A stretch of 64,000 nt of DNA from Torpedo marmorata (taxonomy: Eukaryota), in the NCBI GenBank assembly GCA_977017645.1, contig OZ360239.1, positions 26,536,001-26,600,000 of the forward strand. The letters run 5' to 3'. This document shows, piece after piece, positions 23,940-37,067 of the stretch (positions are counted from its first letter, which is position 1; the number at the start of each line of letters is the position of its first letter). The position numbers were made by a program, and so were the translations under genes. The notes beneath the pieces were generated by a model that was not told the origin of the DNA, ran no database searches, and saw nothing but the letters and a program-made list of their open reading frames with translations.

Positions 23940-24354
23940 GTAAGTAAAGGAATCCAGTCGTAGATCCCTTAACTCCACAGCAGCTGGGGAATTCATTTTG
24001 CAGATCGATATTACAAAAATAGTCATAATGATGGTCAATTTATTTTGCGCACAGGTCACGATGAGCTTGTTTTTTGTAGGTTAAGTGATTTTCATCAATT
24101 TTTCGGCTGTTACAAAGTTTCATTTTAAGAGCATCACCGTGGAAAACTGTACTGAATGATGAAGTGAAGATTGTTTTGTGTATTTGTCTCAGCTGTGGCT
24201 TAAGTGAGATATCCTTGACTCTTGAGTCAGGTTTTGGGTTTATTTGTCACACCAGAGACCTCAGCTATTCTTCCTCTGCATTAGTGTTGTATTATTGAAC
24301 AAGCTGTCTTTTAGTTGAATTGTTCAGCCCAGTCTGTTTTCTTAGGTATGTTTT

Positions 24355-24437
24355 TTTAAAACTCCTCACAGACAGCACCGGATTTGAACCTGAGTTGCTG
24401 GCTCTGTAATAGCGTCGCCCTAACTGTGCCACCCCAA
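24355..24437 (-). mobile_element. tRNA-derived SINE head fragment
   Basis: aactcctcacagacagcaccggatttgaacctgagttgctggctctgtaatagc is the reverse of the SINE at 25778. Confidence 0.7.
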
Positions 24438-25042
24438 AATTTTCATTTTGCCTCCTGCTAAAATGTTTCCTGGCATATCCTTCTCATTAGAGGCTTACTT
24501 TTATGTTATTTATTTACATAGATCACAATAATATGAGTTGAGTGGTGTTTAATTAGTTTGATCTTTCTCAAAATGTGGGCATGTGCAGCATTCATTTCTT
24601 TCAAGCTGGAGCCCATGACCTTTATGTAATTTACTGTTCAATTAGCTGTCTTTAAAAAAAAAGTCAACAAGGCTGTTGTTTTACCGAGAAATCACAGTTC
24701 AGAATGAGCTATAGATGAACAGTTTACTTAAATTGCCTGAACATAATCCTTGAAAATGTTTGAATTGTGAAAGTGCATGGTTCCACAAATGGATGAGTCA
24801 TCTAGCTGCAGCACTCTCACACATTCACACTAACTGACATCCTTCAGGTTCAGTCAGACCCCAAAGGCATTATATCCAGAATCACAAAGAGGAACACTTT
24901 CCTGACAGGTTGGCAGAAAGCATGAAGCAGACCAACAGTTTAGTCCAAACGTCTTTATGAGCTCATGATCAAGTTCCTGCTCCAGACATCATCCTCTTTT
25001 TCACCTCCTCCCATTGCTCCTGTGTGACATCCCCTTGTCTAG

Positions 25043-25105
25043 AAGACAATGGAACACTCTGTTCCTTCTCAATGCAAATCTGCGCCCTTGTTCATCCCAT
25101 TCGAG
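25043..25105 (+). CDS. ABLIM1: Candidate ABLIM1 cassette exon (63 nt, or 120 nt from 24986; phase 1-1)
   Basis: Consensus donor GAG/gtaagt at 25105/25106; two in-frame acceptors (ctccag 24985, cttgtctag 25042); open frame ...EDNGTLCSFSMQICALVHPIR; no clear peptide similarity. Confidence 0.3.
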
Positions 25106-25777
25106 GTAAGTAGTGGACTGACAGCATTTAAATGAAGCCGCAGTGTTGAAAAGCTGAGGTCCTGAAACTTGAGCCAGAACGTCGAGTTATTACGCCTTGG
25201 TGTGCTATGGAGCACATTGCAAAAACTTTTGGATGTACAATTTACTGTTACTGTAACTATACCAGAGCTATCAACATGTGCAGCTCCAATGGATCATCTA
25301 CAAAGAACAGTACAGGCCTATGATATTGTGCCGACCTATCCGTTTAACCCCTCCCATCCTTACAGCCCGTAATCCTCTATTTTTGCCTATCTAAGAGTTT
25401 TTTTAAAATGTTCCTATGGTACTAACCTCCACCACCAACCCTGGCAATGCATTCAAGGCACCCACAACTTTACCTCTGATGTTTCCGCTAAACTTCTCTG
25501 AAGAATTTTCCATTGTTGAAGCAACTGCATTCTGTCAGATATCCAGGACGAGAATTGTCCAACCCAGTTTTGCATCTCCAGATTTTCAACATTCTGTGTT
25601 CTTTCTCATGGAATTTCAGATGTGCCTTGCCTTCACAGATGTACACATCTGCTCTTGGTACTCCCTCACAGATATAATCTTGGTCATTCACCAGCTTTCA
25701 CTTTCACCACAACCACTTGTCATTTCATCTTTCCTGGTCTGCACCCTGCTGTAGACCTTCAACTCCAACTTTCTTTT

Positions 25778-26050
25778 GGCATGGTTAGCGTCATGGTTAG
25801 CGCAACGCTGTTACAGTGCCAGCAACCAAGACCGGGGTTCGAATCTGGCACTGTCTCTTAAGGAGTTTGTACGTTCTCCCCATGTCTGCATGGGTTTCCT
25901 CCGGGTGCTCCGGTTTCCTCCCACCCTTCAAAACGTACCGGGGTTTGTAGGTCAATTGGGTGTGATTGGGCGGCACAGGCTTGTGGGCCGAAATGGCCTA
26001 CCATGCTGTATGTCTAAATTTAAATTTTTTTTTAAAATTAAATTTAAATG
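25778..26050 (+). mobile_element. tRNA-derived V-SINE (HE1-like)
   Basis: A/B boxes (tggttagcg..., ggggttcgaatc), V-domain ggagtttgtacgttctcccc...ggtttcctccgggtgctccggtttcctcccac, CR1-like tail and taaatt repeats. Confidence 0.88.
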
Positions 26051-27608
26051 TAAAATTTCTCTGCAAGTTCAAAACTTTTAATCTAACTTCTCCGAGTTCA
26101 GATAAAAATTATCGACCTGAAACATTGGGCAGGATCACACTGATTTTTTTTTTTTACCTAGCCATTTTGGGGGAAACCATTATCTAGCTGCAGTGAATGT
26201 GTCATTACAGTCCTGATTTCTGTGGCTGCATGCTGCTACAGTATATGGAGCTTGGAACAGCTGGAAGCAGATGCAGGCACAGGGTCATTCCATGTCGTGC
26301 TGAGGTCAGATACACTCTCTCTGGCCATCATCTTTAGATCAACTTATCTGGCATGTCAGTCAATTAAATGGATTTATCTTTTCTAAAATAAGAACTAGAA
26401 ATTACTATTTGTCTCAATAGCTTATTCAGTAAGATATTGGTTAGCAGAAATCAAATTGTAGTTTCTATTGCAAGAGACAAGAGCAGAAGTTAGCAATATG
26501 GCCCTCAAACTTGTTCCACGTTAAATAAGATCATGACTGGCTATGGCTTCATTTCCTCGCCTGTTCCCCACAATGTTTGATCCCATTGGATTATAAATTT
26601 GACAATTTCCCTTTGACTATATTCATTGACTCAGCCTCCACGTCTTTTCCAGGTAGAGAACTTTAAAGATTCAAGAAACCTTAATCAGGGAACCAAATTT
26701 TCTTGTTACCATAATGTTTGGCTCCAACCTGTTGTTAACAACAGATGTTAGGCTGACGGCTTCTTATATTTATTTTTTTTTTTTTGGCTTCTTATATTTC
26801 CCTCCTTATTTTGTTAAACAGAGTTGCTGCCAGACTGCCCGACCTTCTCCAGAATCTTGGAGATTTTGGAAGATGGTGACTAATGCATTCACTGTCTCTG
26901 TAGCCACCTCTTTTATAATCTAATACTCAGATTCTGAAATGCCCATCAAATTATTTAATAATTTGAAACTTCAATTTGATTATTTATACACAAGAGAATT
27001 AAGCTCTTAACGGTGTGATATATCTTGCAAAGGTTTACTGCTCAGACACTGCCAATCTTTTTAGAGGTTTGTTGTTTGTTATAGATTTTGTGCTTATAGC
27101 ATTCACCAATAATGTATGTTTAAATGCACAGAAAAAAATGGATTCACAATGATTTGCAAGAATGTGCACTCTTGGGCTCTTTACATTGATCCAGTTAAGC
27201 ACATGAAATGTTAAATGCAATCACTCTTTTCATTTTTATTTCACTCAGATATTTTTTCATTTAATCCATGGCTGCTGCCACACTTCCCTGTGCTTGTAAA
27301 TTATTCAGCAGAAATAGATTTTAAATTCATTCACTCTGTAATGCTATCTGCGACAGATTGAACCAATTCTGTGATTGCCAAAATAATTAGAGAAGTGATT
27401 TTTGGGGATAATTGGCTCTAATTGCAGTCACATTTCTGCAGAAAACCATGCAATTTTCTGTACTCTTTGACAAGTTTTCTTTTAAACACATTTATAATTA
27501 ACATTGCAATATGTCAACTGCAAGTTTCATAGCTATGACAAAAGAGCAACATAATTTGATCCATTGCTCATATTTCAATGTTTTGCAGCTAAGTATACTG
27601 TAACAATT

Positions 27609-28193
27609 AAAAAACACAAATGCTGGAGAAACTCAGCAGGTCAAACAGTGTCTTTTATGTAGCAAAGGTAGAAATACATAACCGACGTTTCGGGCTTGAG
27701 CCCTTCATCAAAGTATGAGAAAATGCCTGTAGGCGTCCGAACAAAAGAGTGAGGGGGGAAGGGGGGTGGCAAAGGCAGGAGATGATAGGTGGAGAAAGGA
27801 GGGAGGGGACAGCAGCAAAGAGGGGGAGGAGGGATGGCTAGGTAGCTGGAGAAAAACAGGAAGGACACGTGAGGGGGGAGGGGAAGGGAACGACAAGCAG
27901 GTTTATGGAAAGCAGAAAAGTCAATGTTAATGCCATCTGGCTGGAGAGTGCCGAGACGGAAAATGAGATGTTGTTCCTCCAATTTGCGGGTAGTCTGGGT
28001 GGGATAGTACATAAGGCCATGGACAGACATGTGAGTGTGGGAGTGTGACCCGGAATTGAAATGGCTGGCTACTGGGAGATCGCTGTTGTTGCGGACGGAG
28101 AGGAGGTGCTCAGCAAAGCGGTCTCCCAATCTACGACCGGTCTCTCCAATGTAGAGAATGCCACAAATAAGTTCTCTGGATGTACAAGTGAAG
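27609..28193 (-). mobile_element. Penelope-like element, 5'-truncated (GIY-YIG with internal deletion, 3' UTR)
   Basis: ORF segment HFTCTSRELICGILYIGETGRRLGDRF...; 10-bp TSD tgtaacaatt (27599-27608, 28194-28203). Confidence 0.92.
27677..27717 (-). ncRNA. Minimal hammerhead ribozyme motif
   Basis: Minus strand catact-TTGATGA-a-GGGC-tcaa-GCCC-GAAAC-GTC-ggttatg. Confidence 0.65.
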
Positions 28194-28324
28194 TGTAACA
28201 ATTGACTTTTTTTGTATCTTGCCAAAGGTCCATTATGGGGAATTCTTACAAATTCCCCATTATTCTTTCCCAAATCCCAACAAACTTAAAATCCAACACT
28301 AGTGGCTGATATGAAATTAAGTTA

Positions 28325-28465
28325 AACAAGGAAGTCTGCAGACGCTGTGATTGTAGTTTACACAAAAATGCTGGAGAAACTCAGCAATCCACGCAGCGTT
28401 CTTTATGTAGCAAAGATAAATATACATAAACAACGTTTCGGGCCAGAGCCCTTCATTCAGGTATA
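28325..28465 (-). mobile_element. Penelope 3' terminus with degenerate hammerhead motif
   Basis: Minus strand ataccTGAATGAagggctctggcccGAAACgttg ... gctgagtttctccagcattttt ... gcgtctgcagactt. Confidence 0.75.
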
Positions 28466-28555
28466 TATTGCACTGAGGCAGGCCATGCTCAAATCTTTTA
28501 AGCTGTCATTTTCTTGATATGTATAAAATGTATTGCATATTATAATTTAAAATTA

Positions 28556-28800
28556 GGGGGTGGCAAGGTTGGCGTAGCGGTTAGCGCAACGCCTTTACAG
28601 CGTCAGCGGTCGGGACCGGGGTTCGAATCCCTCGCTGTGTGTAAGGAGTTTGTGTTCTCCCCGTATCTGCGTGGGTTTTGCCCGGGGGCTCCGGTTTCCT
28701 CCCACTGTTCGAAACGTACTGGGGGTGTAGGTTAATTGGGTGTAAATTGGGCGGCACAGACTCGTTGGCCAAAATGGCCTGTTACCGTGCTGTATGTCTA
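28556..28800 (+). mobile_element. tRNA-derived V-SINE (HE1-like)
   Basis: ggttggcgtagcggttagcgc...ggggttcgaatccc, V-domain, ends gtgctgtatgtcta. Confidence 0.88.
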
Positions 28801-31800
28801 GACTCATCTGCATGGCTTTCCTATAAAATTCCCACACTACTTGAACTGCCAATTATTCATATTTTCATTTTACTATCTCAGATATATTTTGTTTCATTTT
28901 TTTTATTTAATGAGCATAAAACCATAAAAATGTATCAAGAAAATTTCAATTATTTTATTTGTATTTAAAATAATAATCTTTTTCAAAGTTGAACCTCCAA
29001 AAATTAAAAAAGTCACACAGTGACCAGGAAATGTAGCCATCACCTTAGAGATTTAATTTCCAGTCTGACCTGGAAAATGAACCTTTTTTTTAATCAAATG
29101 TATTTGACCTGATGTGCTTTCCCAAGAATTTTTGCTTTAATGCTTGTTAACCTACCAAATTGTTAGAATAAATTTAAAAACTCTGACGTGGAAGAAAACT
29201 ATTGCATGAATCAATTCCATCATGATACGGTCTTGTATTCCACTACCTGAAGAAGAGTATAAGAACATAATAATGGAAGAAGGAGGAAGATATTAGGCCA
29301 TCGTGCCTGCTCTGTCATTCAGTAAGATTATGGCTCTGTATCACTTTCCTGCAATAACTCCATATCCCTTAATTGCTTTTAAAATGCAAGTCTTCATCTT
29401 TGGAATTCTCTACCCCAAATAGCAATAAAGGCTGAATGATTGAATAAATTCAAGGCACAGATAAACTCATTTTTTGATCTATAATGGTAAAAGATTATGG
29501 GGAACCATGGTAGATTATGCAGAAGAATGTATCTTAAAGTAAGACATGGCTCGGGTTACTAAGTAATAATTGGTGAGTGAAGCCAGCTTTATTATTCATT
29601 GGCAGCGGAAGGAGAATTTGGAGTCATAAGTGAAGTTCCTTCTCAATGTCAGAAGTAATTTCTATGAGCTGAATCGATTTGTTGTACAAATAATTCTCTT
29701 CATGTTTAAATCAGTCTCCATTGGACTCTTGGCAGAGATTTCAAAGATTCGCTATCCCCTGAGTGTCTGAATATCTTTTCATCTGATATTTTGAGACTTC
29801 ATATTTGAAACTGATCCTTGATTTTAGACACTTGAGCCAACGAACCCATCCACGCATCTGCCTTCACGTGCCTCATTTGAATTTTGGAATTCACCTCTCA
29901 TTCTTCTAAACTCAGGAGACCATTGGCCCACTATATTTAAACTTTCCTTATTGAACAAAGTCACCATCTCAAGAATAAATCTGACAAATCTTTATTGCAC
30001 TCCTGCTTCCACATTTATTCTTCCTCTCCTGAAGTTAATGATCATCTCCTTTGTCTTGATGACTTGAGAGAGAGGTTGTTACCTTGGTGCCATGCCACTA
30101 CTAATCATTCAATCTCCTTCCTGAATCCAGTCTCATTGTTATTTGATACCTGACCCGGAACTGTGGTGTGGTCACTGAATTGGAATATTGAGTTGGAACA
30201 GTATTTGGCTGTACAGTTGTGGGCGTGGAGAGAGTATAGTCGTGGACTAAGTTCACATTCTTGAGCACCAGTGTTGAATGTATATTGATTCTAAAGGCTT
30301 CTGCATTCATTGCCTGTGTTGTCTGTAGATTAAATCTGTATATGTGAAAATTTACACAGGCATACGTTACATACTGTCAAATAAAACTGTGCATTTGCTG
30401 TTGCCTCTGTGAGTTAGCAGGTTGTAAAGTAAAATTGTGAATTTCAAGAATAACTATTGAGCCAAGGATTGTGTTTAATGGTCAGTTTTGAATTAAATTC
30501 GATTGCATGTTGCCCATAAATATTTCGCTGTGATAGAACTTTGAGGACATTTTATTCAATTTTCGTTGTGGTTCTTTATTCTAAGGTGGAAAATATTAAG
30601 AAAAAATATATCTGATTATTCAGTTATGTGAAATAGCAGGAACTGAATGGGGCTATTATTGAAGATAGCATCAGTTAAGTTAAGTATTCTGAACTTTGTT
30701 GAGTGTGCCAGGTAACAATTCTGATGAAATGTGCACATGGGTACAGTGATATCTAAAGACTTCCAGAATTTTTTTTACTAAGTCGTACATTATAAAACAT
30801 AGAGCTCAATTGCATGTGTTGATTCAGTAGAGTTTGACCCCAGTTTGATCCAGTACTGGGGTCAACCTTGTTTGACCCCAGTAACAGCGATACTTTTCAG
30901 ACACAATGTAGAAATAAATGATTTATGAATGGATGTTTCAAATGTCAGGTATTTGATTCTATTCACGTCGCCAATAATGAGCTGCTTATTTCAACTATCC
31001 AAAGCCATCATTGGGCAAGCCTTAATATTTGTATTAGACATTCCAAAGCAGTATATTGCCCCAGTTACCCATGCTGCCGGTAAGGCTTTTTTTTACTCTC
31101 AGTATCATAGGTTGAATTAGTTATGTTGAGGGGAAACAAAGGAGAATTATTTACTCCATTCTTTCACCATAATCCAAGAGCTCATTCCATAGGATATGTC
31201 TGAGACCTTGAATAGGCTGCCCTTCCATTTCCCAAAAGCAGAGTGCTTCCATTGTGATTGCATTTTGCAATCTTGTTTACTTGTCTGCATTTCAATTTGT
31301 TTTGCAGTTCTTCCATTTTACATAGGTATGTCACAGTTATTATTTAGTTTTCAAATTTTGGTACATGCAAAACAGAAAATATGGCACATGTATGTATGTA
31401 TGTATCTGTATGTGGTTACAGATAGCTATTGAGATGGGTCTTTTTAGGCAAGCATGCTAATAAATGTGTCATGTGAAATGTATTGCCATGAAGATAAAAC
31501 TTCCACAACTTGCCTTGTTATCACAATTCATGTTGAACAGAGGGAGCATGTATTTTATTACAGTGCCATAGAAACACAGGAATAATGAATGTTTTATGAT
31601 TCCGCTATTTGCACAGTTCATTCACTGCTAAAAATCTCGTTCTTGGTGTATTTCAATGGGTGACCCTCCAGAAATAATTCTGCTATATAAAAAAAATAAT
31701 ATCCTTTCTTTTAATGGTGCCCCCAGTCTCTCTCCATATCTGTGTTATTTTCCCCAGCCCTATAACATCCATAGCCCTCCAGTTCTAGTCCTCTGTACAA

Positions 31801-32049
31801 CCTGAAAATTAATTGCTTTACCAGTTCTAGTGGTACCTTTGGCTATAATCTCTGTAATATACTCACAACAATCTCTGCCTCTGTACCTGAATTTCCTCTT
31901 CTTAAACATCACTTTAAACCCTCGACTAAGTTTTGGGTCATTATTCCTAAAGTCTGTTTGTGTCAGTTTGAATTTTGTTTACCAACACTTACATGAAGCA
32001 CCTTGAATGTTTGGGTATCTTAAAAGCACCATAATTGAATGTTGTAAAC

Positions 32050-32345
32050 ATTTCAGATACTACCGGTAATTATTGTCATGTAATAAAACAGAAATGTAAT
32101 ATTACATGAAATTGCCTTTAGTCAGCTATAAGACAGACAAAGATTCACCATTACCATTGGCCAGTGCCTCTTACAGTCAGGGAAAGAGAAGCAAAAGAGA
32201 GTCATCGTCCCCCCCCCCCCCAAGAGGATTTCCATGGCAAGTGAGAAAGCTAGAAACCTCCACTGCTACCTTTGCCTCTGTCAAAGCCTATCAGGAACAT
32301 TCTGAGGGCAGGAGTTAGTTGCTGAAGGATCTTGACACCAGCTCA
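32050..32345 (-). mobile_element. Rex-Babar-related 3' fragment
   Basis: ttattgtcatgtaataaaacagaaatgtaatattacatgaaattgcc is the reverse of the atgacaataa tail; shorter relative at about 32955-33020. Confidence 0.5.
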
Positions 32346-33336
32346 ATGAAGGAGAAGTGAAATTGCCTCTCCTCATACAAGGTTAACTGGTGTCATACTT
32401 TTTTTAAGTAATGGAGTTGATCTTCTTTAAGATCCTGTATCTGTCAAATTTGTGATTTTATTCCCAATTTTATTTGATTAACCTGTCATACTTACGATTG
32501 TAAATCAAATGCCAATTTCCTTAGTGTCAAAATCAAAATTCTGGAAGTGTGAAAATGAAATAAAAAAATGTTGAAAACTTTCAGCAAATTAGGCAGCAGA
32601 GTTGACAAAATGTCTTCAAACTAAGGCATTGGATCGGTTCCTCCGGCTGCTGCCTGTTCGGCTGAGTGTTTCCAACATTTTCTAGTTGTTACTGATGTCC
32701 TTAAAAGTTCTTTCTACGTTTCATGTGTAATGAACAATGGTGATTAATTACGGTATCTTACATTTTGTACAAAGCCACTGATAATCTTGGAGACCTTTCA
32801 ACTTTGATATTTTTATATTTATGAGAGTTGGGATTAATAAATAGGCTTCTATTTTTATGATGCAATTCATTATCTGTATTAAATAACTTGTACATAAAAA
32901 GGAAATTATAATTCAGAAATTTTAGACGCTTGGCTTTCTGGAATTAAGTCTATAGATTCAAGATTCCGTTATTGTCATGTAACAGTACAGAACATGTAAT
33001 ATTACACAAAATTGCCTTAACTAAAAATTTTAATGTTTTAGCGTTATTCCAAAATTATTCACATGTTGAAATTTTGTATTTGGTGTTATATAGATAAATA
33101 GTTTGAAGTTCTTTTCAAGCAAAATGTTGTTGTTTATTAGTTAATGAGAGTTTTTTTTAACTTACCGGTAATTATGAATTCTTTTGTGTAAACTAACCCA
33201 TCATTGTGGCATTGTATCATTGTAAAGCAACTTATTAATTGATTTTTGTTTACTTTATTACTGATCCATTTTTGTTGTGTTAAATTTAAAACAAAATCTC
33301 TGCCATTCTCATGATCTTTTACTCTTCTTATTGGAG

Positions 33337-33441
33337 GCAATGAGCCATCCAGTGGTCGGAGCTCCCCTCTCCCTATGCAGCCAGACAGCAGGCCTTTAAC
33401 ACCATCTTATGTTCACACTCTTAAACATTTCCATCTTCCAG
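33337..33441 (+). CDS. ABLIM1: ABLIM1 coding exon (105 nt, phase 1-1): GNEPSSGRSSPLPMQPDSRPLTPSYVHTLKHFHLP
   Basis: Acceptor tcttttactcttcttattggag (rare GAG), donor CAG/gtagga; matches human GNEPSSGRNSPLPYRPDSRPLTPTYAQAPKHFHVP. Confidence 0.93.
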
Positions 33442-34038
33442 GTAGGAATTTAACCACAATGGTCAGTGTCGTAGTCAAGGCTGTAGCTCTGTCTCTATCT
33501 CTATGTCCTGTCTACATTTCTCCACACAGATTCTTTGGAATAGTTTTTCAATCTATGACTTCAGTTTGCTTAACATTATTTAATCAGTTATGAAACAAGG
33601 CTACGCAGAGACTTGATAATACAGGCACTCTTTAGACTGTGAGTTGCACGGAGATTACTCCTCGCTCATAAGTGCCAAAGGCACATCGACATTGATCAGA
33701 ATTCACACCCATTCAATTTGATCTGGAGATTACAGAAGTGGACTTGAAAAGATTATGGGGTAGAAATTTGCCATTAGTCACACGTTAACCTCTCCTGAAT
33801 CCTTAATCCCTCCTTAATCCCCTTTGTACTTTATTAATTACAGACTGCGGATCAAGTCTCGGACTTTCATATCTGTATGCCTCTGTTATGAAATAGCAAG
33901 AATATATCAGCCCAGTCAGGATTTCTTATTGAATGTTTCAAGAGCTTTTTATGCAGATTGAAAACTCACCAAGTCAAATGATAGACCAGTGAGAAATTAA
34001 AGTCAAAGCTAAAATACTTAACAATTCATGAACAGAAC

Positions 34039-34497
34039 AGAGCATTCTGGCTGGTTGCATCACTGCCTGGTATGGAGGCGCCAACTCTCAGGACAAGAAT
34101 AAACTCCAGAGAGTTGTTAACTCGGCCTGTGACATCACGGGCACCAGATTTCACTCCATCGAGGACATCTACATGAGGCGGTGTCTTAAAAAAGCAGCCT
34201 CTATCCTCAAAGACCCCCACCACCCAGGCCATGCCCTCTTCACTCTGCTACCATCGGGGAAAAAGGTACAGGAGCCTAAAGACAAGCACTCAACGGCTCA
34301 AGGACAGCTTCTTCCCTGCTGCCATCAGATTCCTAAATAATCAATGAACCAAAGACACTGCCTTACTTTTCGTTCACTATTATTACTTTTTTTATAGTAA
34401 TGTCATAAGATGGTTATAATATAAATGTTTGCACTATGATGCTGCCGCAAAACACCGAATTTCATGACTTGTTCATGACAATAAACTCTGATTCTGA
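34039..34497 (+). mobile_element. Rex-Babar LINE 3' part
   Basis: Translates ESILAGCITAWYGG...KLQRVVNSACDITG...RCLKKAASILKDPHHPGHALFTLLPSG-like C-terminal domain; tail atgacaataaactctgattctga. Confidence 0.88.
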
Positions 34498-35591
34498 GAA
34501 TCACTGAGATATAAGAAAACAAATGCATTGAAATTCTTAAATCTCTTGTTTGCTTATTGATGCTTTAAAAACAAATTTACCTTCACCTAAATCCACTTCT
34601 AAGATTGCAACTTTTACCATCTGAAGGAGTAGTTCTTTTATAGGTTTCAGGAAAATTAAAATTTGGTCTGATATATTCCAATGAAATATAGAAGGATAAC
34701 ATAAAAAAACAAGGTCCAAGCAGAGGTTTTATGTGAAGTAAAATAATGAAATGAAAAGATGACAAGGATGGCTTAGTGCAGCCATAAACATTTGTTTTCA
34801 TATTTTATTTCTAATACAACCCAAATCTACTTCCCCCATTAGAAACTGCAACTCACAAATAGAAAAACAAATTTCAAATCGACAAGTTTCCTTCATTCCT
34901 CTGTACACTGACTTTATTAACCAGCAGGATGAAGGCACAATAAAGAATCTTGTGGCATCATTTCAGATCTCTGCCAGTACACAGCATTTTCCATGTTTCA
35001 ATTTTATTTGCCATATCAGCAACAATAAGCCTTTGATTCTTCATGAATCAGTGTTCTGCTTCAGCCAGTTTATTATTAAAGTACATTACTCATGATCAGG
35101 TTAAGGAGATAGACCGTAATATGGCTCTGATGAATAATTCAATATTATTGATCTTGTCAATCTCAGTTCTTGTGCTGGAAGGGGATATAAAGGAAGATTT
35201 GTATTTGATTGTTTTAAACAACTTGCCTTTTTTCAGCTCAAGCACTACTTGCTCTCGACCATTTTCTCAGCCATCTTGAGGTTATAAATGCCTGGGATTA
35301 AATGACAGGCTAATTTGAAACCATCTCTAACAAACCTTTCTCACTGAACTCTGTGTTCTAATCACACTGTCCCTGTGTAATAAGAAACTGGCAATCTAAC
35401 AGGTTAACCCGGCACAATAGTGTCCTCAATCTGTTTGGGTGACATACTGGTCTTGTATCATTTGCAATGTTGCTTATTTTGAGGATGCCTTCTGTTGCTG
35501 TGAGCCTCTCAATCACTGTACTACATTTGGCTTGTACAGGCCATTCCTTGTTACATACTCAGCCTACACCTAATACTGTTCCTGACCAGAG

Positions 35592-37067
35592 TTGCCCTCT
35601 GCCCCCAGAAATTCTCCCCTGGTCCAATCCCTCCTCACCTACATCCGCGACACCTCACATGCCCTCCATCTCCTCAATGACTTCAGATTCCCTGAACCGG
35701 TCTGCATCATCTTCACCATGGATGTCCAATCCCTTTATACCTCTATCCCCCACACAGAAGGTCTGAAAGCGCTTCGCTTCTTCCTGGACCAAAGAACCGA
35801 CCAGTCACCCTCTACCACCACCCTCCTACGCCTGGCAGAACTTGTCCTCACTCTCAATAACTTCTCCTTCAACTCATCCCACTTCCTCCAAATCAAAGGA
35901 GTAGCCATGGGTACCCGCATGGGTCCCAGCTACGCCTGCCTGTTTGTGGGCTTTATGGAGAAATCCATGCTGCAAGCCAACACAGGCAATACCCCTCATC
36001 TCTTCCTCCGTTATATCGACGACTACATCGGGACTGCCTCATGCACCCGCGATGAGCTTGTCAACTTCATCCACTTCGCATCCAACTTCTACCACTATCT
36101 CAAACTCACCTGGTCCATCTCCGATAATACTCTCCCCTTCCTGGATCTCTCTGTCTCCATCTCAGGAGACAAGCTTTCCACCGACATTTACTACAAACCC
36201 TCCAACTCCCACAACTATCTGGACTACACTTCCTCACACCCTGTCCCCTGCAAGGATTCCATCCCCTTCTCTCAATTTCTCCGTCTCCGCCGCATCTGTT
36301 CCCAAGATGAGGTCTTCCAGTCCAGATCTTCTGAAATGTCTGCCTTCTTCCACAAACGTGGCTTCCACTCCACCACCATCAACTCAGCCCTCACCCGCAT
36401 CTCCTCCATTTCCCGCTCATCTGCCCTGGCCCCCTCTGCCCCCAGACGCAACAAACATAGAACCCCCCTCATCCTCACCTACCACCACACCAGCCTCCGC
36501 ATCCAACACATTATCCACCGGAATTTCCGGCACTTACTACAGGATCCCACCACCAGACACATTTTTCCTTCTCCTCCCCTCTCGGCCTTCCGCAGGGACT
36601 GCTCCCTCTGCGATTCCCTCGTGCACTCATCCCTCCCCACCTATCGCACCCCCGGCACCTTCCCCTGTGCCCGCAGGAGGTGCAACACCTGCGCCCACAC
36701 CTCCCCCCTCACCACGGTCCGGGGCCCCAAACAGGCCTTTCAAGTGAAGCTACACTTCACTTGTACATCCAGAGAACTTATTTACTGCATCCGGTGCTCC
36801 CTTTGTGGCTTTCTCTACATCGGAGAGACCGGTCGTAGATTGGGAGATCGCTTTGCTGAGCACCTCCTCTCCGTCCGCAACAACAGCGACCTCCCAGTAG
36901 CCAGCCATTTCAATTCCGAGTCACACTCCCACACTCACATGTCTGTCCATGGCCTTATGTACTATCCCACCCAGACTACCCGCAAATTGGAGGAACAACA
37001 TCTCATTTTCTGTCTGGGCACTCTCCAGCCAGATGGCATCAACATTGACTTTTCTGCTTTCCACTAA
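35592..37067 (+). CDS. Penelope RT plus GIY-YIG endonuclease ORF (N-terminus truncated, no native start)
   Basis: Motifs FTMDVQSLYTSI, QIKGVAMG, LRYIDD, LPFLDL, DIYYKP, PCARRRCNTC, LIYCIRCSLCGFLYIGETGR. Confidence 0.88.
   Translation: MPSAPRNSPLVQSLLTYIRDTSHALHLLNDFRFPEPVCIIFTMDVQSLYTSIPHTEGLKALRFFLDQRTDQSPSTTTLLRLAELVLTLNNFSFNSSHFLQIKGVAMGTRMGPSYACLFVGFMEKSMLQANTGNTPHLFLRYIDDYIGTASCTRDELVNFIHFASNFYHYLKLTWSISDNTLPFLDLSVSISGDKLSTDIYYKPSNSHNYLDYTSSHPVPCKDSIPFSQFLRLRRICSQDEVFQSRSSEMSAFFHKRGFHSTTINSALTRISSISRSSALAPSAPRRNKHRTPLILTYHHTSLRIQHIIHRNFRHLLQDPTTRHIFPSPPLSAFRRDCSLCDSLVHSSLPTYRTPGTFPCARRRCNTCAHTSPLTTVRGPKQAFQVKLHFTCTSRELIYCIRCSLCGFLYIGETGRRLGDRFAEHLLSVRNNSDLPVASHFNSESHSHTHMSVHGLMYYPTQTTRKLEEQHLIFCLGTLQPDGINIDFSAFH

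Noticed and set aside
25778-28640. tRNA genes at the SINE heads (25778, 28556)
   Set aside because: A and B boxes continue into a V-domain and LINE-like tail with no acceptor stem; these are SINEs.
35592-37067. Domesticated RT/GIY-YIG host gene or telomerase-like gene
   Set aside because: 5'-truncated, no native ATG, TSD-flanked and near identical to other copies in the window; a recent insertion explains the open frame.
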